From Batkoa obscura (taxonomy: Eukaryota), in the NCBI GenBank assembly GCA_030770535.1, contig JASVEC010000024.1, forward strand, positions 558,001 to 622,000: DNA of 64,000 nt, given 5' to 3'. The notes below the pieces were generated by a model. It had not been told where the DNA came from, did no database searches, and saw nothing but the letters and a program-made list of their open reading frames with translations. The position numbers and the translations under genes are program-made. This document shows positions 54,073-64,000 of this stretch, one piece after another. The number at the start of each line of letters is the position of its first letter. Within the stretch, counting starts at the first letter, position 1.

Positions 54073-54781
54073 CTTATCGAATTTATAAAAGTTATTAAAT
54101 TATTAAAATTGAAAAAAGGTTTGATTGTATTTTTTCATAAATCTAAAGAAAATTATCAATCATAAATAACTAACCATTAGTTAATTCGTTTATCATTTGA
54201 AAATAAGTGTGTCAACTAACTCTCACTTTAACTTCTTTTATATTCCTTAATTTAGTAAAAAAAATTCTCATTATAAGCTTATTAAGTTTAATTAATCTTT
54301 CAATATCTTTAATTAGTCACATAAAACTTATGCTTGATATTTCTATAAAAACTGTATGCTTTTATCTATTAAACATATATTTGATCTTTTGTTACTATTG
54401 TTTCATACCACTATTATTACTCATTACTACTATTTCAATCTCTCATTGCTATTATCTACTATTATTCTTTCGGAAAATTTAACCGTGAAGTTAATTATTA
54501 AAATTTTTAAGATATTTTAATTTCCGATATTAAATCAAAATTAGATTTGTTCTTACATAAAACAAGAGATGATTAATAAGCATTTTATTTTGTATAATTA
54601 AAAAAATATTAAATATATTTGCCACTATATTAAGCTATACCATTAATGCTAAATATCTTTCTAAAATATTAAAAATGCATTATTGATGGAATTATTTAAC
54701 TACCGGGTATCTGATTTTTTGTTTTTTTATCATTTTTATCAATCGGAAATTTTGGAAGACTTTAGGCTCAATTCAAATAAT

Positions 54782-55975
54782 ATGGATTTTAATTTAAAAT
54801 GCAACAATATTAAATGCAGAAAAGTGCTTAGTCAATTTAGTAAAGCATGTATAACTATATGTTCACGTAATTTTATTTTTAAAATATAGTATACATGCTA
54901 TAGTGTTAACATTATAGATATATTTTGTACTTCTTGTGCTAATAAATTTTTTTCAATTTCATTAATATGTCCAGCATGTGAATCAAATTTATCTGAAAAG
55001 TATATTTAAGTCTATTTTGTTTCTATATTAAATTATTTAGGAATGATATTATAATCACGAATTTAAAACCAAATGAAACTTTCAAAAATGTGATTATTTG
55101 ATTTTTGTTTTATTCTTTAATATTGAGATCTAGTCTGCATTATCTGGTTTGCATCCAGATGTTGTTATTGAAATTTGCTCAAAAGCTTTTTCTTTTTGGA
55201 ATTATCAAGTTACCCAAGAAATATATTGTCAAGAGCTGATAGCAAAGGCATTGGGAGAAAAAAAAGCATTAGCTGAAAAACAACTAAAGGATGTGATAAG
55301 CTCAGCAAATAATGAAATCAATAGTAAACCCTAGTTATATTAATTACATCAACTATTTATTATTATTCTAGTACTTCAAAAGAAGATTCATAGTTTGACT
55401 ATAAAAGATAGGTATCAAGTAAATAAAATTTATAAAATTTATTAGGTTTAAAGCAAGAGAAAGAATTGGAAAAAAAGAAAATGAATGAGCTTTCAAATCA
55501 ATATTCAGAAAAAAGTCGACAATTAAATAAATTACAAGTAAGTAGATTTAATCACAATTATAATATAATAAATCTACTCTTAGGTATTATATGATAAACT
55601 GAAACGAAGGCAAATGGCAATGAGTACTCAAAACTCGATTAATACCAATTTTTATAATGAGGGCAATATCCTGCAAAATACCAACTTTACACCAAGAACC
55701 ATGAAAAATCATATGCCATTTAAAGTAAATTACTGTTTATTATAATAGAAACACTTATCGTCTATGGTAGGTAGACACAAGAGATGAATCTACACCCCAT
55801 TATAAATCTAAAAATAATATAAACTATAATTTTAAAAATAGTAATATTGAATATAATTAGTATATTATTTTATTAATTGATTGTAAAACTAGGTGATAGA
55901 TTAACAATTAGCCCGCGTAATACCATTAATAGTGGAAAAAGCGACTCAAGCTTTATTCATTTATTTCCAAAATAA
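54782..55975 (+). CDS. HEI10: HEI10/CCNB1IP1 meiotic RING E3 ligase
   Basis: LKCNNIKCRK..ACITICSHIFCTSCA..CPACESNL, LSGLHPDVVIEICSKAFSFWNYQVTQE, coiled coil ending LYDKLKR. Confidence 0.9.
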
Positions 55976-56063
55976 AATGCTATTCGCCTTTATGAAGAAA
56001 TATTATATTAATATAAATTAAGTTTATTATTTAAAATAAATAGTAATGAAGGTAAATATTAAA

Positions 56064-57596
56064 TTATAAGTTTTGGATTTGAGTTATTACATAATCTTTT
56101 TCTTCTTTGAATCGAGTATCATCTAAACAAAATTATTATCAATAAAGACTGAATAAAATCATAAACTAATTTACTATTTTTATCATTATGAAATTTTTCT
56201 AAATATTCTATCAATTTATCCTTATTTTTAACCAAAATATCCTGAATTTGAGGCGCCTTTTTAGGGTTAGCAACAAAGATCTAATAGTATAATGAATTAA
56301 ACTATATATCAAATATAATAATACTTTATGTACTTACTTTAAATATATGAAAGCTTTCTAATTGAATATTTTTACTTTTATCTTTTAACAAATTCATACA
56401 AATTTTGAGATTATTTTTTTTAGATATAAAAATAGTCATGATCCTAAAGTTGGTACGATCTAATAGCAAATCGGCTAACAGCTATATTAAAAATGAGAGA
56501 GTTAGCGATTATTACTATATACTATGAATAATTTTAAACAAAACATACTTTAATAGCCAACCGACGTACTGCATAATTACTATTTAAAACCAATACTTCA
56601 TATTTGGCAAAGAACTAAAAAGGAACAAAACATTAACATTCATTATATTCAATAATCAACTCAAACATACCTCATCATAATCCACTAACAATTGTTTTGC
56701 TACCATTTTACGATGTCTAGTTAAGGCTTCCTAAAACTCCTATTAACTTTCAATATTAACACAAAAAAGGCTCCACTTACTCTAAACGATAAGAAAGCAT
56801 CAGAAGAGATATCAAAATTGGAATAATTAATATAATTAAAGAAAGCCTTGAAGTTAGTTGATTGAATTAATAATTTGGCCAAAGGTTCATATTTTAAACA
56901 TTCTCTTAAAATCTGACCACAAGTTAATGCAGTGTTGGGGTTTTCATAGCTAATTAAAAGTAGATGGGTTAGTTGGGGATAAGATGGGGTTGTGTAAGGG
57001 GATAATTACCTATGAAATAAAGCAAATAAAATTTCTGGTTTATTTAATATATAGTTGATCATTGGCATTTGTGAGTTTTCTTGGAAACGCAGTAAATTAC
57101 TAAAGATTCTTATACAGTTTTTTTTACTCTAAAAGAAAGGAAAACTATTAATATACAATATATAATATTATTTGAATATAAAAAAATATACTTCTTGATC
57201 TAATTTGTCTAACTGTAATATAATTAATGGTAAAATTTCACATCGCCTGATCTCTAATATTAATTCTTTGATTTGATGTGTTGACATTTCATTGCCTTTT
57301 GGATTAATATATTAGTAATCAATCATATGACCAACATTTTTTAATAACCTTACCATTAACAATTAATACATCCTTTATCTGTTCTAAATATTTAGTGATA
57401 TCATTAAGATGCTATTTAATTAAATAAATGATAATTAATTCTACTTCTTTATATGTTATTGTATATACTAACTTACCTTTATTTGTATTTCGTCTTGATT
57501 TGATAGCTTTTTTAAGCTAGTATATAACACTTTAACTATTTCTATAGGTGATCTTGATCTACTACGGAACATTGATTGGCCTGGGAAATTGAACAT
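56064..57596 (-). CDS. HYM1: Mo25/Hym1/CAB39 scaffold
   Basis: [72 protein letters not shown]. Confidence 0.92.
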
Positions 57597-58655
57597 TACT
57601 ATGATTGTAGAGATTGTTTATATGATGATAGCGTATATTGTATGGTTTATTTATCAGCAATAATAATTTGAAAAGAATGAACTATTTAAAAAATACAAGA
57701 AAATAATAATAAAATCTAAAGCCACCAAATTTTATTTATCAATAATATATTATATACTCTATTTTTTTTCTTTAACAGTAGAGTTAAGTTTGAGATATTT
57801 TTTTGAATTTTTAAAATTGCTTGAATTAATTTTGTTTTTGAATTAGGAAATTAAAATAAATTTAATGCTTCAATTTGATTGGTTCAATTTTTAATTTAAT
57901 GAGATATAATTTTTTAACTTTTTTAATTTGATTTTTTAATATGAGAAATGGATTGTCTTATTAGTTAGTATAGCATTACTAATTAAAAAAATACCTAAGT
58001 ACTGCTCTCGTGTATTTATAGTTTAAAGTGATAGACGTTTAGATTATTGATATTTTTTTATTGTTTTTAAATTGGTATTTCACTTGAAATAGCAGTGGCG
58101 GGGTTTAATTATAGTAGGGTGTTTCTACAAACTTGATAATATAAATTATTGCATAGTTTTTATAATTGTATAAGATTTTTATTAGCCTCGAAACAGTGAG
58201 TAAGCTTAAATGGTAAATAGAATTATATTGTATTAAATAAGAGGCCAATAAATTTCTATTTATTTATAATAAAATTTAAGTTAGGCCAAGCGTTTAGTTT
58301 TTTTGTTTTATATATTAAAATAATACTTAAGTAGAACCTTTAGAAGTAGCACTGATATTTTAGTAATCTACAGTAAAAAAATTCTTTCGGCTTGTAAAAT
58401 TTTGTGTTAATTAATAGAAATAAGTCAATGAACTCTTATACTGGTATGTTATAAGATGAAATAAGTGCCACTTATTAGTGCTCTTTTAAAAAAATTATGT
58501 TATTTCAATAGTAAATTTTTAAATATTTAAATGATAAACATCAGCTTAAAAAAGATCATTAAATTTAAATGTTAATTTTATTAAATGCTATAATTAAAAG
58601 AATCTTCATTAGCATACTATTTCTAACAAATTCTAAATCCACTCAATGGTCTATT

Positions 58656-59273
58656 TTAAGCTAATAAATTCAATGTAAAAAAAGAACCAACAGTGACCAA
58701 AGCCATACTTAACATAGCATTACTACTAGTTAACACATTAGCATCTGAGCTTTTAGCGCTTGAACTTAAGGACTTGGAAACGGATTTCGAGGCATTTGAT
58801 GCTGCAGCAGAAGCAGCAGATGAAACAACAGATGAAACAGATTTGGCAGGTGAGCCAGAAGATACAACAGCCACAGTAGAAGTGGAGGTACTCTTAGCTG
58901 ACCCAGAGGTAGAATCACTATTAGCAAATAAAGCTACATTACTAGGAGAGCTTGAAGCTGATGGAGATGCTTTCCAATTGGCTGTAGCTGCTCCAAGATT
59001 GGCTGCTGCACAATGTGTAACAATCATTTGCATCACACGATCTTTTTTATCTTGATAGATTGATTCGTTGATACAGAAATCATAACATGCAGCTAGTGAT
59101 GGTAAATCAGTGCAGTAGCATGCATCTTTGGTGTTGCTATTAGCACATCTCTTTTCGATAGCTGCTTGATATTGTGCTTCACAAGTTTCAATATTTACTT
59201 TGGAAATACATTCAGCAGAAATCGAAGTGGTTAATAAAGCAATAGTTAATGAGACAGTGTTGATAAGTTGCAT
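58656..59273 (-). CDS. Secreted, probably GPI-anchored 8-Cys, Ser/Ala-rich cell-surface protein
   Basis: Signal peptide, 8-Cys domain containing CYC and CYDFC, S/A/T-rich stalk, hydrophobic C-terminus after SSDA. Confidence 0.85.
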   Translation of the reverse strand: MQLINTVSLTIALLTTSISAECISKVNIETCEAQYQAAIEKRCANSNTKDACYCTDLPSLAACYDFCINESIYQDKKDRVMQMIVTHCAAANLGAATANWKASPSASSSPSNVALFANSDSTSGSAKSTSTSTVAVVSSGSPAKSVSSVVSSAASAAASNASKSVSKSLSSSAKSSDANVLTSSNAMLSMALVTVGSFFTLNLLA

Positions 59274-61150
59274 GTTTATGTATTTAATGTTATTATAATA
59301 ATTAGTATTAATTTAATAAAAAATAGGAAGTAAAGTGGAGTGTTTTTATATCAGTATAGGATCGATTGTTTATAAAAATAACTTTAACGCTGTAGTTTAT
59401 CATTAAAATTGGTTTATAACTTAAAAAAATTATATCAACAATAATGAATTATCAGTAGCTAACAAGAAATTTTATTCATTAAAGTAAATTTTGATGCGTT
59501 AATAATAAACTTTGCTTTGATTTATTGTTATTATCAAGACTACTTTACCCATTTAATTTAATTCTGGGTTTATCATATGCTTCAATTACTTTTTTTATTA
59601 GTTTCAACAACAGTTATAATTTATTATTTCTTTTTTCCATTGTTGATATTTTTAAACTTAACGTTATATTTGATCTGTATTTTTACGTTTACCGTTATTG
59701 CTTGTTTTAGATTTACTCAAACGCTTTTAAAAGTAAATCTAACTATTAGCCCAAAAAAATCAAATTGCAACATTTATTAGTAAAACAAAATAAGACATTT
59801 AATAATAAACTAGATTGAAATATCTATAATTGCCAACCACTAGAATGATGCCAGCTCATCATGATTTGTTAAATAGCCAATGAAAAACATTGTATTTCTA
59901 TTAATAAAAGATTCTAAATAATATTAAATTAAAAGCTATAGAGAAATAGAGAATATGAATTAAATATGAAAATACTACTAGAACAATGGTTTTTGAGCAT
60001 TGACTAATGTTGAAGATGCTTTTTGTCTAACTTTATCAATAAAATATTAGGTTCTTTTTTTATAAGATATAAACAACAAAACCAGACTAAAACTTATTTA
60101 TTGATAACTCTACATTAATTTTTGATACTTGATTCGTCAATTATTACAAATCAAATAAAAAGTACTATTTTTCTGATACTAACTTTTTATTTTGACGACT
60201 AACATGTATAATTGCTCAGATTCGAAGACTTTTTTAATATTTTTTGTAGTAAAAGCTTAGACTATGCGTAATTATCTAAAACTCTATTTTCTGTATGTAT
60301 ACAATATATGCTCTTGACAAGTTAAACAGCATTACTATTTTATTCGTATTTTAAACAAAAATTAAAGCCATTCTAAGCATCAAAAAATAAATTTCGATAC
60401 AATGTCAAATAACCTTGAATAAAAAATAAGTTGTCCATTTTCATTAATAAGATTAGAAAAGCAAACTTTGACTAAAAAATACTGTTTTGATTTGTTTATA
60501 GGAAATATTTATCAAAAACATGAAATGAAAAGGTAGAGTCCATAACTATATTTTTTTGCTGATGTATCAATGCCGAAGCACTGATGAATTTTAAGCAAAA
60601 AGCAAACAAAAGCTTAATAAAATACTAGAAACCTGTAACGTTTTGTTAAGTTTTTTGATTGGAGTTGTTCAATGTTTTGATATTAATACATTAAAAAGTA
60701 TAAAAGCTAACAGCACAATTTTATGAGGTTTTAAAAAAAAGGAATCTCTAGAATATTATTGTTGTTTTAGTAATAACATAAAAACTTAGTTTAAATTAAA
60801 TATTACAATTTAATTTCCAGTGATTTGATTCAAAGTTGATATTTAAAACTTGCCTTAGTATTGAGATTAGGATTAGGGTTAATATGAGAGTTTATCAAAT
60901 TGAACTGCAGTAAATTTATTCTAGAATTTGATTGGCTTATATTTTTAGCTTTATAGATTTTAAATCAAAGAAAATTTAGTGAAAAAATGGTGTTCTACAT
61001 ACTATTACCAAATAATGATAATATTTTTTAAGAGCTTTTTTAAATAACTGATTTTAATAAACATATGATTTTAAAGTTAAGCTTTTCTAACTTATAGAAT
61101 TAAAAATTATAGGTTTAAACCCAATAAAATAAATTTAAAGATTTATAATA

Positions 61151-61584
61151 ATTTATGCTATTAAAGTGACTTTGATATATGATTCTTTTTTAAAATTTTA
61201 TATAAATACTTGAAATATTTTATTTTCACTTAGAATCAAACTTTTAAATTTGGCTCTTCAAATCTAAGCTCAAAAAACCGACTACTCACCTAGTTTAAAT
61301 TTCAAGCTTAAAATGATAATTGTCTTCAAAAACTATCATTATTTTTGCAAAATCCTATCATAGTTTTGAAGAGTGTTATATAATGAAATTAGTTTTCAAA
61401 CTAAACTTCTAATCAATATCAACTTTGCAAAAATAAAGTAGAACATCATTGGAAACATTTGATTTCAGCCAATTAAATTTTTTGGTTTTTTATTAAAGTG
61501 ACTCCAAAATTTAACTAGCAAAATCAATGTTTCATCATAGCAAGCTCTACTTTATTATGTCAGGATCACTTTAATAGCACGAAT
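61151..61584. repeat. Imperfect inverted-repeat element, possible non-autonomous TE
   Basis: TGCTATTAAAGTGA (61156-61169) pairs with TCACTTTAATAGCA (61566-61579). There is also an internal inverted pair at ~61436-61465 and ~61520-61553. Confidence 0.55.
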
Positions 61585-61899
61585 CGCTATACCAATTCAA
61601 AAAATCAATAATAAATAATTAGTATAACTAGAGGTAGGTTTTCAGGTTATTTTTTTATCAAAAAACGACCAGGATTTTTCAAAATTCTGAAAGATAAATT
61701 CATTCCTAAATGAAGAAAGCTAAGGGAATTCATTTGATACTGAGGATGAGATAACATACAGGGAAACGTAAATTGGTAAAGCTATATCTTTTGATAAATA
61801 TACTGCCCAGCTATATTAAAAGCCCATTGAAAAATAGCGATATTTAGCTGATTTACATCCTGATTTGCAAACCTCATAAGAACCAGCTAAAATCTATAT

Positions 61900-62960
61900 A
61901 AAAATATACATGGAAAACATATAGATGATTTGTACTACTTAGTAAATGAAAAACAGTTGAGTATACATCCAGGATCTCATAAGCTTAATGTCCGTTCTAA
62001 TGTAGCAATTCGTTGGTATAAAGCAAAGACCAAGAGGATGTGTAGCAACGAATTTGTTGAAAATTGGATTGACAGAAAGGAAAGATCAGGTATTAAAAGG
62101 GCGGAATTAGACCAGAGCCAAGAGAATTACATTGTATTACTTATGGATGAAAGCCCAGATATAGAATTAGATAAACTGATGGGAAATACTACCAACAATA
62201 CAAAGGCATACAGATCACTAAAAAAAAGAGTAAATCAGTTTATTACTAACAGATGTATCTCGACCATAACAAGAATAAACTCATAGTCAATTAAGAAGGG
62301 CAATGTAATTAAAATTAAGGAAAGATCCAATTGGGCTCAGTGTTGGCAGTAAACGGATATGAAATTTAACACCAACTTTATATTTATAGATGAAGCTAAG
62401 TTTCGTATTACTGTAAGTGATAGAGATACTTAATTTTAAAAAAAATGAGTGATAGTAAAATTTTGCAAAAGAATGAGAGAACAGTCAACATCATTGGAGC
62501 TATTATCCCAATTGAAGTTATCAACGTTCAAGTAAATATACAAAGAGCTTTACAAAAAAAACTGAAATATTAGATAACATCCACCAAATTGAAATAGATA
62601 CCAATTGTTATTTGAGTTTATTAATAACGCTAGATATTTTGAATGCGAGGGAAAATTTTTGAGGCCATTAATAATGTCCCTGTCCATAAGTTATTAGAAA
62701 TAAAGGCTTATATAGCTGTAAGAGAATACAATCATATTTGTTTACCTTTAGGTTTGGGAAAGTTATACCCTATCGGACCTTTTTGGTCATATTTTAAAAC
62801 CAAGGTAAAGCGAGAAATACTTTTAAAAGAGAAAACAATAACTAGTAGAATTAAACAGGATTGTGAGAATACCCTCATCAGTGGGTTGAGTCAGTATATC
62901 AAAGCTTCGTTGCGAGACTTGAAGATTGTTTATAAAAAATATCTTTTTAGTTTAGATTGA
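61900..62960 (+). pseudogene. Decayed Tc1/mariner (IS630-like) transposase
   Basis: HTH-like region, FIFIDEAKF, TVNIIGAI, NNVPVHK (DNAxxH-like) and LYPIGPFWSYFKTKVKR (LNPIExxW-like), broken by stops and frameshifts. Confidence 0.8.
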
Positions 62961-64000
62961 GGCTGTCTTTTTTAATGATGGAATTCTATAGCTTTTTATT
63001 ATGCGCTAAGGATGTCTTTTTATTAAGTAAATATAAAAAAGCAGGGTATAGTTAGGCTTAAATTAGTATACCGCGTTAAGTAAAATCAGGTAAAGGCTTG
63101 CAACTTCTTGCTTCAGTATTCTTTAATGATTCAAAAACTGAGAAATATAAATATTTACTTAGTTTTATAACTATTGTATTCTTATGAATTATTGTTAGAC
63201 TCAACCCTTTAGCTGTTGTTATTGTTCAGTTTAAAAACATTTTGTTTAATAACCTTTTAACATAATATTAAAACAGTTTTTGAAATATAAAATATTATTA
63301 TTAGAAGATAGTGATAAGTTTGTTATAAAATAAAAATTACAGAACTTTATCATTTAATAACATTCCTTTTTTTTACTTTACTAAAAACGCTCTAATTTAA
63401 CTTATTTCTTTTGATGAAAACTAATACTAGTTTTTAACAATACTGTTATGGATTTAGACAATGATCATTAGATTTTTTTTAATTGATGATGCTAAAATAT
63501 TATGATATTTAATATATCTTATTTTTGATTAAACCATATTTAAAAAAGGTGTATTTTCAGAGACCAGGTAAACAACTTTTTACGATATGCTTATAACAAA
63601 AGAAAACATAATGCATCAGAGATAATAACCTTTACAAACAAAATAAAACTTTTACAAAACTAACAAGTTATAAGGGCACTCAGTTTATATGTAAAAAGTG
63701 AGAATTTAAAACAGCAATCTACTATCCTTTATCTTGTTTAAAATAATTTTATATTTGCTTAGAACATGTGTGAAAATGGGGTATTAAATCTTTGATTAAA
63801 GGGGGGAAGTATTAAGCCAATTTTAACAAGTTTTTAGCTAAATTTGAAATTAAATTGTGTAAATCCTGCTTTTTAAGTCAGATAATTGGCTATAAAATAT
63901 GCATGGTTATATTACAGGTTAAAACCTAGCAAAACAAATTCAAACACTTGATGATAAGAAATTTGACAATGAAATAAATAATTAGTATAAGACTGAGATA

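Noticed and set aside
60866..60880. TTAGGATTAGGGTT as a telomeric repeat
   Set aside because: Only about two imperfect units, which is expected by chance.

Overview
Very AT-rich, intron-dense eukaryotic DNA. The gene set (Zn2Cys6 factor, Ssk1, Bud6, Ilv6, Erg27, Pep4) is fungal. The ~45-60 nt GT-AG introns plus SMPD4-, TYSND1- and RAD51C-like genes suggest an early-diverging fungus (inference). About 21 host genes are recognisable. The most unusual part is a transposon island at ~17.9-25.6 kb. It holds an apparently intact Sola-like DDD DNA transposon (20135-22699; 22-bp imperfect TIRs starting GGGG; 567-aa ORF). This element sits, with an inverted ~200-bp end of a third copy, inside a dead copy of its own family. 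A related ~97-bp MITE is present in about 12 copies with 4-bp TSDs (ATAT, ACAT, ATTT), three of them inside the transposon copies. Other points of interest: a membrane-anchored Ssk1 with a His-less pseudo-kinase module, an OB-fold/CCCH/methyltransferase-like protein, and a decayed Tc1/mariner element. All family calls come from motifs recognised by eye, not searches. Multi-exon genes are given as overall spans.
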